From the NCBI RefSeq assembly GCF_001447785.1, contig NW_015168051.1:1017114-1079789 (forward strand): DNA of 62,676 nucleotides, in the 5' to 3' direction. The DNA is from Gekko japonicus (lineage: Eukaryota). Below, in pieces: positions 25,282 to 39,250 of this stretch. The notes under the pieces were generated by a model. It made no database searches and was not told where the DNA came from. It was given only the letters and a program-made list of their open reading frames with translations. The position numbers and the translations under genes were made by a program. Position 1 is the stretch's first letter, and the number at the start of each line of letters is the position of its first letter.

Positions 25282-26514
25282 CACCTTTGCAAAACCCCTA
25301 TGGATTTGCAGTAGATCAGAAGTGTACTTTGGGGACAGATTCTGGCTGCAGCTTTATATCTAGAAGCTTGAAATGTATTCAGTGGATTCCTTTCCCCCAG
25401 GCTTGGGGGTTAAGGTAGGAGATGCATGCTGAAGGTGCCTGTCCTGGAAACATTTCCTAATATGGAAATGAGAGGAAAAATATCTGGGATAGTCCTGGCT
25501 ATCTCAAACAAATGTAGGATATGAGATGTTTTCAGCTGTCTGTCTTGTAGTCATGTGTGGAAAACCCTTCCAGCTAATGCTAAAGTGTGACTACATTTTT
25601 GTTAAAAGATATGTGAATGCAATAGGAGCACTTTGTGTTAGGACTCCTTAACTAACTGTTAAGAGACTGAAAGCGCTTTTGCCAGTTTGGAGCTCTCTTG
25701 GAGACTTCCATTATTTTCTAGTGAAAATAATGGGACTAGGGTGGGATTGTGTCTGATCCTGCCACTTCTCTGCTGAATTTGCTGAGGGCTTGGCCTGAAA
25801 TTCCTTTTTTAGGGCCTCAAATGCCTGACAGAGAATGGTTGGTCTTGGAACCAAAATAGAGGGGCCAACAAAAATAGGAGCTTGATGGCAATAGTTGGAA
25901 TTCTGAATTCCAGCTTGTGTGGGAAACAAACAAGCTGCATTTGTCCCCAGTATTGAGAATCCTCTATTTAATTAGAGTTTGTCATGACGTGTGAATGCAG
26001 CCATATTTGTGGTCCGTTGCTGTAACAATTTAAAATGTGATTTAAATGATCACAAAAGAAAGTCAGATTAAATAGATACTTTCTACTAGATACTTTCTAA
26101 ATAAAAGCACACCAACTTGTTACTATAACATTAAAACATATTGATTTAAAACTGAATAGTCTATACAGTTTTACAGGGTACACAATATGTTTCTTAATAT
26201 CTTTACATTTTTAATAAATAAAATAATACACTGCTTACTGTTTGGTAATTTAGTGCTCATAACTCAGATAAGGTCTGTTCTAGAACATGCAGCCATCATA
26301 GATTTTCACAGACAGGCATTGGCTGGAATTGACTGTTGGAGATGTTGCTTCTTTCCAGTATTCTTTTATACTTAGGTCCACCCTTTAGGCCCTTTGGATA
26401 CAATTACCCTGCACCACTCCATCTCAGCCTAAAGCAAGAGCTGCTAGTGGTTACTGAGAAATATTGTGACTTATGGGTAGACATGCTAATAAAAGACTAC
26501 ACCATGGTTCATTC

Positions 26515-26635
26515 TTAAGAAACAATTCCTGAAACTTGGAGGGAAGCCAATACAATAACTATCTCCAAAGCAGGAAAAGGTACAACTAATGTGTTGTCAT
26601 GTTGCCTCGTCTCTTCCTCATTACAAAATTTTCAA
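26515..26635 (+). mobile_element. short L1 ORF2 fragment
   Basis: Translates IPETWREANTITISKAGKG, typical of the L1 pre-RT region. Confidence 0.55.
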
Positions 26636-27566
26636 TTTAAGGCAACCCTCACCTGAGGCCTAGCTGCTGTATGGTATTGGGGGGGGGGTTGCAGGTGGGG
26701 ATCAGCACCTTTTGGCACAATTCTGTATAGGAAATAAATAAGGTGTCAGTAAATGTTCTTCTGGGCAGGGGGGTGGGGGGGGAGGAAAAGAGCCACATTT
26801 TATATTACTGAGCTAGTGGGGTACTTAATTCCAGAAAGACTCAGACATGTTTCTGATTCTTTTTCTGGCAACTCTGTAAGGAAAGGTGACAGTGGTGAAC
26901 TTTTCCTGAAGTAAAGCATTTCTGGTCAAGAATACCTTTTTGAATAAACAATATCTAGATATGCAGTAACAATGCATACTCTTAAGGTGTTGCTGAACTG
27001 CTTTGACATCCTAGCTAAACCTAAATTTGTAGGTATAAATTGTTTTCAGGTAAGCTTTTCAGTGGAAGTCAATTGCAGTCAGAAACTGCTTCTCAGTAGA
27101 ATCTGGGAAATGATGCTTTTAGGTAAAATCATTTCACAAGCCGGTAATGCTAGTAATAATTTTGCATTTGCTGTTTAACTTGAAAGATGGTAACTTTTTA
27201 ATGATAACAAAAGTGATAAATAGGTACCATCATTTCATTCCATTTCAAATGTAAAGTTAGCTTCAGATAGAGACTGCAAAAATACCCACTTTATTGGTAC
27301 ACTTCATATGATGCTTTATTTTTGTTAGAGAGAGAGTAATGTAAAGGTATTTGACCAGATGTTGAAACCTCAGAATATATAGTTCTTTGCTCCTCAATCA
27401 TTTCTTTCTGTTCTCTACTTCTGTCAACTGCAGATCTTTTTATTCTTCCATTCCAAAAGACTCCTCAGTAAACAATTTTAATTCCTCACTTTGTTCTGTT
27501 TTTTCTATACATCACTTTTTAATTCTTTCCTTTTTTGAGACATTTTATGTTTGTTGATATTGTCTG

Positions 27567-27786
27567 TTTGTTGTTGTTTTTTGCCATCAAGTCACAGCTG
27601 ACTTATGGTAACCCCGTGGGGTTTTCAAGGCAAGAGATGTTCAGAGGTGGTCTGCTATAGCCTGCCCCTGCATCGTGACCCTGGTATTCCTTGGTTGTCT
27701 TCCATCCAAATACTAGCCAGGGCCAGTCCTGTTTAGCTTCTGAGATTGGACGAGATCAGGCTAGCCTGGGCTATCCAGGTCAGGGG
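27567..27786 (-). mobile_element. 5S rRNA-derived SINE with BovB-related body, full length
   Basis: The reverse complement has a 5S-like head, CTCTTGCCTTGAAAACCCC...ATAAGTCAGCTGTGACTTGATGGC and a (CAA)n tail. Confidence 0.85.
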
Positions 27787-30636
27787 TAACTACTATGTAA
27801 CTATTTATTTATTTGATTTTTATCCCACCCTTCCCTGCATGCAGGGCTCAGAGTGGCTATGATATATTGGAGGTCAGACTTTCTATTTTTCTTTAGGTTA
27901 AAAAGCATTGGATTATTTTCTTGGATGCGTCAGGAAATGTAAATATCCAAGTGTAGCATTTCTACATGGAGAGGCTCATATGATCATTTTTAATATGTAA
28001 TATTTTACACTGTCTATGAGCACAGAATATTATATAGTAACCGGCTGTTTGCTTCATTACCAATGTATGTTCTTATTATGCAGTATTTTTCTGAAACTTT
28101 TGCCTCTTGTGTTCACATCACAGTTGAATGCAAAGGGTATTTATATTCTGCAATAATTTGATCCACTCATGCACGTGTATATGCTCAGCTACAAAACACT
28201 GAAATGCATTCTATATTGCTTACTTGGAATATTCCTAAATGTTTAATAAAAAGAGGGTTTTGCATTGATTTTCTTCATCTCTTTCAAGAAAACGTGTTTG
28301 TTTTCTTCAACTGAAGAGTCTTATTAGAACAGAAACATCAAGTGGTGGGACAGGAATTTTGTGTGCAGCATTAAGCTTTATTCTCAAGGATAGTGAAGCC
28401 CTGGTACTGCCCCCCCCCCCCATTAAAAACATGTCAGATTTCTCTCTTCTTTTTTGCTATTCGGCCTGTTGACTCAGAAAGAAAGTCCTCAGACAATTTG
28501 TTTGTTGTGCTTGGATCATCACGGGGTCTATTAGATCATCTAATTGAAAAGAAACTACTTTGTTATCCTGGAGTCTCTCCAGTAATTGTTTGTGCCAGAG
28601 CCAAAGGCCTTCCTGCTGCATGACTGTAGTTGTAAGACTGGTTTTCTGATGCTGACTTCTTGATAGGTTATTACCTATATTCTATATAATGCATATTGCT
28701 TGTAAGCAATTGTACTTCTCTTGGCTAGTCTTACTTACTGAAGCGTTACACCATGAATAGTATAATCTTCCCATATTCTAAAAAGAAAGAAAGTGGCTTT
28801 CTTCTGTACCATTTCACTGGGGGGAGGGATTTGTTTTGGAATCAAATATTGATGTCCCATACTAGCAAAAGAATTCTAATTATGGTTGTATTTTATTCTA
28901 CTGGCCCTTGGAAGGTTATTTTTCCCCATTAATTTGATGTAGGAGTGTTTCACCGTGATAAAAGATGGTTGCTTTATTTGTTAATAATCTAAAAAATCCA
29001 GTTGAATTTTAATAATTAGACCTGTCTTAGAAAAAAATATACTTGGTTTTTGTTACTTTAACTGATAATTTCTGTGATTTGATGAAATATACAGCTGTTA
29101 TGATATCCAACTAGTTGAGCTGGAGTTGGCTAACTGGAATAGGCTTCCTGTCTAATCCTTAAATGTTAGTAGCAATTCCTGCCTCAGCTTCTTGTTGTGA
29201 AATCCAGCATGTCTGATTTGGATACTGCTACTACTTCAGGCAGCTAGAGTCTCTGAAGAAGTGGCATATAAATGTTTTAAATAAAGATATACAATATTTG
29301 AACACCTACTTGCCATTGTGTACTAAGAATATACTTTACAGAATACAGCCAAGCGCTAATTAACGCTTTACTTAAATGGAAACCACTTCTGTGTAAGCAC
29401 AAAGTTAGTGCCAGTTTTTCCCTATTGTAGCTGCATTTGGACCTGGATGTCAGCCTGTCTTAGCCAACCAGCAAAGATCAGTCTATATGACAGCTCTCAC
29501 ACATGAAGCACTGCTTGATATGAGAATTTGGAAGGAGAGACAGCTCTGGTTCTATCATATACTGAATACAATAAGAGATGTGGCTTTTCTAGATGACATA
29601 GCTATGTTTTCTATAACTGTAGTTGATCCTTGATATTTCAAGTTCAAATATATTTATGCAATGGCAGCTTCTTTAAAAGAAATCACTTGATTTTGTTTTT
29701 CTTTCAAAAGGGCTTTTACCTTGATGAGACTTTACATCATCCCTTCAATATTTTGGCTGGGTAGAACCATAATGTTCCATATGAGGAATGTTTCTGTAGC
29801 TTGGTTTTGCAGAAATATCTTATTTTGTTTTCATGTATTATGAAGTCTGAAGTTTGTTATCAGGATTATTAGTCTGAAAACCAGCAGTTAAACTTCTCCT
29901 GGCAAATAAAAATCAGAAGATTTATCCTTCTGTACCCTAGAGGCACTTGAAAAACCAGGGAGAAATCTAAGCAGGAGCAGATGTTTTCTTGATATGATTG
30001 TTATCTTTCAAAACTGATCTTTTAAAATATATGTAATATTTTAATCATTGTATTATATGTGCTGTCTTTAATTTTGTTATGATATTGTTTCTCATGACGG
30101 TACAACTCTGTAGTCTACTTTGGTGGGCTGTGATAAACCAAATTGTTAATATATGATTTACCTTCTAGCTGCACCCTGTAAAACTAAAACAGTCTTCTCC
30201 ACTGGGCCATGAAAGTCATCGTTAATCAATATGTTGGACTTTAAAAGGTGCTACAGAACTTTTAGTGTGTTGCAGCATGGTACAGCCAGAAATCCACAAG
30301 TCTACTTTCTCTTAATACTCAGGAAATGTGCCAATGTAATGTTTTATCTCAGTGCTCTGTTTTTTCTGCAGGAAAAGAAAACACACATTCACATTGTGCT
30401 ACTATAAATAATCAACTACAAACATTATTTAAAGGTTCTTGTTTCATTGCTTGTTTTTGTAATATTGATCAGCTTTCACTCCTTTCACAATCAAAACATG
30501 TTTTCAAAAAACCCATGAACACTTAAGAAAATTAAGCATATAGTTCTAACTGCATTATTAACATTTAAAAACAATACCAAAGTAAGAGGGTAAGAAGTAG
30601 GATAAGTACCGAGGCTTAAGGAAGGCCAAGAAGAAC

Positions 30637-30664
30637 AGAGAGAGACAGAGAGAGAGAGAGAGAG
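30637..30664. repeat. (GA)n microsatellite
   Basis: Direct reading. Confidence 0.85.
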
Positions 30665-32291
30665 GCTGGAGACAAGAGTAAATTTGATGTTGGAAAAGGT
30701 ACCCTGGAACAGAAAATAAGGTGAAAACAGTAGGAGAGAGAGTTTATAGTAGGAAACAGAAAAACAGGACTCTTAAGAGGAGCAGATGGGCAAAAAAGAT
30801 GGGCTCACTTTATCACGTTTAGCACCCTGCCAATTGCAGAGCAAGATACACAGTTCAGATATGTTGTCTTCTGTACATGCGTTGATCATTCATTAATCAC
30901 TTAAGTATAGAAATCTGGTCTGGCTGTTGAGATGAGATCATTTTATTTAAAAGGATGTACTTGTCGCCACCCCCCAAAAAAATAAATTCACACTGATTTC
31001 CAGAAACTTTCTCATTACACAATAATTTTTAGGAAAATGCTACAATTTGTTTTGCAGTGTCGTTTACTTGAATATGGAGCATTTACATGTTCATGCATTT
31101 TACAATCATGCTGTAATATTCTGCTCCTTTATATAACAGTGTGATTTGATGTCTATAATATATATTTATTTATTCCTTCTTGCCTATGTAGCCAACAGAG
31201 GATGGAAAAAGCACATACAATTATAGCTTACTCAGGGGAAAAATAGAGCCTGGTATGTATGGAAGTGACTGCTTTAGCTGTGTTTACTGTTGTGTTCTCT
31301 TAGATTAGGGGATCTCAGTCTCTGTCATACCAATTATAATGAAGGAAGAATGTTATTATTTGAATTTATACATTACTGTTAAAACCTTCTATATTAAAAA
31401 CCAGAGCTCTACAACAGTGACACTAAGTGGTTTGGGAGCCAAATGTGGCTGTTTGACATGTCATCTGTGGCTCTTCTGCACACTGTTCCCCAAGGTGGCA
31501 TGTAACCCATGTTCCAGGAGAGTGAACAAAGCCCACATGGCTTGTGGTTGACAGAGGGTACCCACCCTGAAACACTGCCACTGCAAGGACTGGAGGGTGG
31601 GCTAGCGGCTGGATAGATGCCAGCGATGGAAGTTAAGGGCCTGTCCTCTCTATCAACCTCCAACCTTCTCTGTAGGCTTTGTACTATCATCCGAGCACCC
31701 AGGTTGCTGTTGGAAGGAGAGCAGGTTGGTTGCAGAAAAGAGAGTAGAAACTACCACTACCACAGCAGCCCCTCAGCAAAAGAGCAAGTTGGCCACAGTG
31801 GTGTGGTACTTTCTCCATGACCAGTTTGCTCTCCTCTGGGAGACTCACTCTCTTGCATGAGCTGCTATGTGTATTTCGTGGGGTGGTGCACAGGACTTGC
31901 AGTAGTCACTGGGTTGATGAGCAATTGCAGAGTGATCATTTTAACAGAGACCTAAATGGAACCATTAAGATCCACACATTTATAAACGGATGTCTAATTA
32001 TAGCTTGGAATCTAAATTCCCTTTTCCTGACATCTCTATTTTTTTGCTCTGTTTGGAAGAAAAAAGCCAATGCAGAAGCAAGCATTTTTTAGTAGACCTG
32101 AAAGAGGTGTGTCCTAAATTGACCAAAACGAAGATTACTTAATTTTTAAAACATTTCTAAGTCATAGTATTTATTATCTACATAAAACAGAAGTTTAGAG
32201 AACCACAAAATTGATCCCAGCATTAAGTTTTCAGGAATTTAGAGCTCACTGGAGAGTCACTAGAAATTTACAAACATTTATGCTGAAATAC

Positions 32292-34967
32292 CCCCTCATG
32301 GATCACTGCCTTGTCGTGGCGCGAGGGCTTGCGTGGTTCGATGAAGCTGTGGGCTATGCCGTGGAGGGCCACCCAAGACGGACAGGCCACAGCAGAGAAC
32401 TCAGACCAAGAGTGATCCCCCAACATCACAGTAATTCAAGTGTATGCCCCAACCACTGATGCAGAAGAGGCTGAAGTGGACCGGTTCTATGAAGACCTAC
32501 AACACCTCCTAGAACTAACACCAAAAAATGATGTCCTCATCATCATAGGGGACTGGAATGCTAAAGTAGGAAGTCAAAAGGTAACTGGAATAACAGACAA
32601 GTTTGGCCTTGGAAAGCAAAATGAAGCAGGGCAAAGGTTAACAGAGTTTTGTCAAGAGAACACACTGGTCATAGCGAACACCCTTTTCCAACAACCTAAG
32701 AGGCGACTCTACACATGGACATCACCAGATGGGCAACACCGAAATCAGATTGACTATATAATTTGCAGTCAAAGATGGAGAAGCTCTATCCAGTCAGTAA
32801 AAACAAGACCTGGAGCTGACTGTGGTTCAGATCATGAGCTACTCATTGCAAAATTCAGACTTAAACTGAAGAAAATTGGGAAAACCACGAGGCCATTCAG
32901 GTTTGACCTAGATCGCATCCCTGATGAATATACAGTAGAGGTGAAGAATAGATTCAAGGGTCTGGATTTGATAGATAGAGTGCCTGAAGAACTATGGACA
33001 GAGGTTCGTGACATCGTACAGGAGGCAGCAATCACCACCATCCCAAAGAAAAAGAAATGTAAGAAAGCAAAGTGGCTTTCTGATGAGGCTTTACAAATAG
33101 CAGAGGAAAGAAGGAAAGCGAAAGGCAAAGGCGAAAAGGAAAGATTTACCCAACTGAACGCAGATTTCCAGAGAACAGCAAGGAGAGATAAGGAGGCCTT
33201 CCTGAATGAACAGTGCAAAGTAATAGAAGAAAACAATAGAATGGGAAGGACTAGAGATCTCTTCAAGAAAATTGGAGAAATCAAGGGAGCGTTCCATGCA
33301 AAGCTGGCCATGATAAAGGACAAAAACGGTAGGGACCTAACAGAAGCAGAAGAGATTAGGAAAAGATGGCAAGAATACACAGAAGAACTATACAAGAAAG
33401 ACCTCGATGTCCTTGACAACCACGACGGTATAATCACTGACCTCGAGCCAGACATCCTGGAATGTGAAGTTAAATGGGCCTTAGAAAGCATTACTAACAA
33501 CAAAGCTAGTGGAGGTGATGGTATTCCAGCTGAGCTATTCAAAGTCTTAGAAGATGATGCTGTTAAAGTTCTGCACTCCATTTGCCAGCAAATTTGGAAA
33601 ACGCAACAGTGGCCACAGGATTGGAAAAGATCAGTATACATTCCAATCCCAAAGAAGGGCAATGCCAAGGAATGTTCAAACTATCGCACAATTGCACTCA
33701 TATCACACGCTAGCAAGGTCATGCTCAAGATCCTACAAGCTAGGCTTCAACAGTACGTGGATAGAGAACTACCAGAAGTACAAGCTGGGTTTCGAAGAGG
33801 TAGAGGAACTAGAGATCAAATTGCCAACATTCGCTGGATTATGGAGAAAGCAAGAGAGTACCAGAAAAATATCTACTTCTGCTTCATTGACTATGCTAAA
33901 GCTTTTGACTGTGTGGATCACAACAAACTATGGCAGGTCCTTAAAGAGATGGGAGTACCAGACCACCTCACATGTCTCTTGAGAAACCTGTATAAGGGCC
34001 AAGAAGCGACAGTTAGAACCGGATATGGAACAACTGATTGGTTTAGCATAGGAAAAGGAGTACGACAAGGATGTATATTGTCACCTTGCTTATTTAATAT
34101 ATATGCAGAGTACATCATGCGAAATGCTGGCCTGGATGAATCACAAGCGGGAATTAAGATTGCTGGGGAAAAGATCAACAACCTCAGATATGCAGACGAT
34201 ACCACTCTGATGGCAGAAAGTGAAGAGGACCTCAAGAGCCTCTTGCTCAGGGTAAAAGAGGAGAGCGCAAAAGTGGGCTTGAAGCTCAACATCAAAAAAA
34301 CTAAGATCATGGCATCCGGCCCCATCACTCCTTGGCAAATAGAAGGGGAAGTCGTGGAAGTAGTGACAGACTTCACGTTCCTGGGATCCCAGATCACCGC
34401 AGACTGTGACAGCAGCCATGAAATTAAAAGATTTCCTTGGGAGGAAAGTGATGGCGAACCTAAACAGCATGATAAAAAGTAGAGACATCACCCTGCCAAC
34501 AAAAGTCCGCATGGTCAAAGCAATGGTATTCCCAGTAGTCATGTATGGCTGTGAGAGTTGGACTATAAGGAAGGCCGAGCGCCGAAGAATAGATTCTTTT
34601 GAACTATGGTGCTGGAGGAGACTCTTGAGAGTCCCTTGGACTGCAAGAAGAACAAATCAGTCAATCCTCAAAGAAATCAACCCTGACTGTTCCCTGGAAG
34701 GCCAGATAATGAAACTGAAGCTCAAATACTTTGGCCACCAAATGAGAAGGGAGCACTCACTGGAGAAGAAGACTCTGATGCTGGGAAAGATTGAAGGTCA
34801 ACGAAGACGGGGACGGCAAAGGATGAGATGGTTAGACAGTGTCATAGATGCAACGAACATGAAATTGAGCAAACTTCAGAGGACGGCGGAAGACAGGAAG
34901 GCCTGGTGTGATCTGGCCCATGGGATCGCGAAGAGTCGAACTCGACTGTGCAACTGAAGAACAACAA
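32292..34967 (+). mobile_element. BovB (RTE-clade) LINE, 5' end present, internally deleted, one frameshift
   Basis: 680-aa APE/RT ORF at 32440-34482 (GDWNAKVG, GSDH, YADD at 34189-34200). Frameshift near 34432, with the C-terminus in ORF 34406-34957. CAA tail. TSD ATGCTGAAATAC (32280-32291) / ATGCTGGAATAC (34968-34979). Confidence 0.96.
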
Positions 34968-36399
34968 ATGCTGGAATACATTTTGTTCTAAAGGGCTACT
35001 GGACTCCTGTTTTATTTTGCTGTTGTAGTCTGATGTGCCCACCCACCTCTAAAATACCGCTGAAGAGTTTTCTGGAATTCCTTCCTGATCAGCTCTACTC
35101 CTTCAGTTTACCCTGTCTTCCTACCAGTTTTCTTTTGAAAATGTTTTAATCATCACCCTTTCTGGTTACTTGTTTCTCCCTAATCTTTGAGATGGTTCTT
35201 GCAACCAGAGTTAAACTTCAAAAATTATATTTTGAGATACAGAGGGGATTAGAATATTTTTCTCATGTAGTGATATTTTTATCCCAACTCCTTCCTTAGT
35301 CAGCTTGGATACTTGGAAACAACCTCTATAAATTCTTGTTGGTTGTATGCGGACTTATGCCAACATTTTCTTTTCTCCTTTACATCTTGATGGAATAAAA
35401 ATATAGTTGTCTTCTACCATTGTTCTTACGTTGTAGGTTTCCCTAGATGACCTACAGAATTGCACACTGCCACAGTGCAGCATTACATACACATTCAAAT
35501 TATCATGTCATGAAAATATGTATGAGTAATCTTTTACAAGAAAAAAAATCTACATACAGCAAGAATCAGTGTTATACTTTCTATTTACGTGGGTGAGTGG
35601 AGAGAGAAAAAAAGAAACTGCAGTGGCTTATAGAATCACAGACAACTTTCTCCCTTGATAGTTATAATAATTGCCATGAAGATCTTTTAAAAATGCAGTA
35701 GGTTTAAGTGCATTTTCATGAACTTACAAATGTTTTAATTATGTTAATATATATTATATATTCACAAACTGTTAATATAACTTTGCTTATATGTTAATAT
35801 TAGTCCTTTTAAGGAAGTTTGAGAGAAGCATGAAAAGGTTGCATATATGAGAAAGAAAAAAATAGGAAATGTACCACATGTAAAGTAGAAAAAGTCGCTA
35901 TCTGATTTGAGAGTGAAATACAGCTCTGCTAATGAAAGATTGATTGGAATGCTAATGCAATTGTGTTTCTGAGCACTGGATAGTGTGTGCTTCTATTCTA
36001 AAATGCTATGAACCAGCAGTATTGCCAGATAAAATTGTTTTGTGGATAGAGCTTGATGATTATATTTTTGAAGTACAAGGAGGATCAGAACAACAACATT
36101 CATTGGGTAGTGTTTTAACTGAACATTTTGAGCATTTTGAAGCTTTGTTAAAAATGAAAATAAAAGTCTGGAATCTTTGGTATCAAAAGTTTTTAATGTG
36201 TGTTCCTTGTTTGTGTTTTGAAATTTCCCCCCATTTTTATAGTGTTAGAAATAGGTTTACTTGAACTTTTCAAGTAATAGTGTTAAACCTCTTCTGTTGT
36301 ACTTTATAATCGTAACAAAGTATCTCTAATGTTGAATATTGCTTGTGATAAAAGCTATCTCCCTGTTTTGAACAAATAATGTGTCCTTTTTGGAAGCCA

Positions 36400-39250
36400 T
36401 TATGCAAATTATATTAAGAGATTTATTAGGTTGCATTGTCTGTTTCTGTTGGGAAAAGATAAAGTGAGCAACAGAATACAAAACAGAAACAGGTTTAAGG
36501 CTGGAAAACAGGAGATCAACTAAAAAAGTGTTTAAAAAATCCTGCCAGGATAAAGGAAAGATTAAATCAAAGTATGGTAGAATCAACAGAAATAAAAATT
36601 GTTGTTTAGTAATATTGATATCAGAAAACAAGCTTTAGCCAGTAATGAAATCTGAGAAGAAACAGAGATAATAGAGACCAAAAATCATGTCAAGGTCTGT
36701 AGCTTGAAGAGATAGTAACATCATTGAAATGGAAAGATCAAGAAAGGCAGAGCAAAAATATGAAATTCTGTGTTTGAAAGGTTTGGCTTAAGCAGATAGC
36801 AATGAAGAAACTGGAGCAATATAAGCCAGCTGAATAAGATCTAGATTTAACATTTGAAGGTACCCTTTGTAGATATCTTAAAACCTATGCTTGCTAGGGT
36901 TGCAAGCCTTAGCTCAAGTCCAAGCCGATCAGCAAATGCCTCCTGGCTGTTAACTCTCAGTCCATGGCTTGCAGCCAATGGTCTTCTGTGAGTTGCGTCC
37001 ATAGAACTAGCACTAGACTAAGACAGCATTGGAAGGGGGAATTTTCCATTGTGTAGAATGTTGGGTCTAAGTCCAGTGTAAGAATGAATAATAGAAGGAT
37101 GGCTTGCTGTTATTAATTTTAAAAAAAACTGAGTAAAGAGTTTGGAGTGAGAGTTTTATTTATTTTAAATACTTGTATACCACCTCTCAACAAAAAGTCA
37201 CAAGGTGGTTCACAATAACATGACAATATATATATTGACAAGCCTATAATAATAAAATCCCAAAACCACAGTTGGCTAAAAGAAGCTTTAAAAAATGAAA
37301 TAAAAAGCAGATTTATGAAGCAAAGAATTAACAACTGATAAGAGATTCTTTTAAAAAAGATTTTATTAGTTTATATACAGTAAGGGGAAAAGGGGAAAGG
37401 AAGAAAAGAAAATACAGAAATATTTAAAAATTCCAGTTTAGCATTCTGCATGTATATCTTCTCATTACAATTTCACAACTACTTCATCTATTATTCTTAT
37501 TGTTCGTCACTTGATCTTATTTTCTTAATACTTAATTTTAACCAGTCATAGAACACCCTCCAGGGTCCCATAAATTCTTCTTCCATTTTTCCTTTTAATA
37601 TATTTGTCAACTTGTCCATTCCATAATCTTCAGTATCATCTCATGTAGCATTGGAATCTTTAGTGTCCGCCATGCCATTGCAAAAAAAATTCTGGCAGCT
37701 GTTATAACATGTAAAATAAAATATCTGTGATTCTTATCTAACTCATCTGGTAAACAGTTTAACAAAAATATCTCTGGTTTAAAAGGTATTATGATATTCA
37801 AGACTGACATATGTCCACCACATATGGTAGTATGACCCAATATGGTTATTACATTTCCAACACATATTACTCAGGTTTTTATACATTTTAGCCAATCTAT
37901 CTGTGGTTAGATGCCTTCTATAGAACATTTTATATAAGTTTCCTTTGAATGAAACAGATTTAGTCAACTTAATATTCACTTTCCATATTTTACTCCACTG
38001 TGACAGATTGTTGTTATAACCCACGTTTTGCATCCATCTAACCATACATTCTTTAACTATTTCATCCTAACAACTGAAAAAGGATTCTGAGGAAAATGAT
38101 GAAAAGAAATCCACCTTGAAATACATGACAGCTTAGCAGAAAGAACATGTGAAAAAGAAATGAGCATAAATTGATTGTGAAGAAAAAACATAGTTGGGAC
38201 ATCAGTGTCTATGTTCAGCAGTCCAAATACAGAAACAAAAATAATGCAACGAAACGTTTGGCCACAGTAATGATTAGGAGGCAGACAAGAAAGGAATAAG
38301 TAAAGGAGGAAAGGAATCCACTTTTGTAGAAAGAATAGACAAACAGTGCTACCCATCTCAGTAGGAAATGATGCAAAAAGAACAAGAGAAAGTACAGGAA
38401 ATAATTCAGAGTAAAAAAAATCAAGAATATGAAGACTGACAAAAGGTTTAGGCTGCAATCTTAAGAACATGTTCCTGGGTTAAGCCCCATTCAATAAAAT
38501 GATACTTTTGGGTAGACATGCTTAGGATTGCTCTAGTAAGCCAAGGAGACAAAGTAAGATCCAGAAAAAATGGTAGAAAAGTAAGGAGAATGGAAAAGGG
38601 GAAACAATAAATTAAGCATAGATGAAGATGATCACATTCCCAAACATGACCTACAGAGTGAGTAGCAGAAGTATAAAAGAAGTCCAGCAAATTTAAGATG
38701 AGCGAGAAAATACTGGACCTCCAAGAAATCAGGTTGGTCAGTATGGATATTTAAAATTATCTAGAATAAAAACCAGGCAAATACTAATTCAACCAGAAGG
38801 AAAGCCAAAGTTCTAAATAAGACAATAAATTATTATTTTTTATTTATTTAATTCCTCCCCAGAAGGCTTGTGGCAGTGTACATCATATTTAAGATACAGT
38901 TCAGTTAAATTAGACAAGGGATGGTAAATCATAGAAAGAAGTATATTAATAGGACAAAACAAACACAACACAATACTTGTGAAGTAATTGTAAAATGCCT
39001 TGATCAAAAATGGATCATAAGGTGGGACATCAGTCTTTAAAATAAATAATACTGAAAAGCAAACAAAGATAATGGAAAACAAAAAGATCACATACAGCCA
39101 AACCTGTCAAATGAAGTTAATTGAAAAATGATAACCAAAGTGGGTAGATACAAGAGTAACAGGAAAAAATGTTGAAAGCCAAGTCTAAATCAAAGCAAAA
39201 CAGGGGAAAAAAACAGTTGAAATGAACAAGTAATGAAGAACAATAGTTTT
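36400..39250 (-). mobile_element. possible very old L2 remnant hosting younger insertions
   Basis: Long purine-rich + strand. The 36660-36880 stretch resembles antisense ancient L2 RT sequence. Confidence 0.3.
37350..38068 (-). mobile_element. 5'-truncated L1-clade LINE (ORF2 C-terminus plus 3' UTR)
   Basis: CWKCNNHIGSYYHMWWT zinc-knuckle region and HVITAARIFFAMAW. Probable 20-bp TSD (17/20 match) at 37330-37349 and 38069-38088. Confidence 0.88.

Noticed and set aside
31550-31950. Ancient amniote SINE (AmnSINE/LF-SINE-like); similar impression at about 9990-10450 and 11220-11375
   Set aside because: GC-richer and repeat-like, but I could not match diagnostic motifs without a database search.
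32832-34542. Antisense and alternative-frame ORFs (278, 159, 142 and 133 aa)
   Set aside because: Shadow frames of the BovB RT ORF with no independent protein features.
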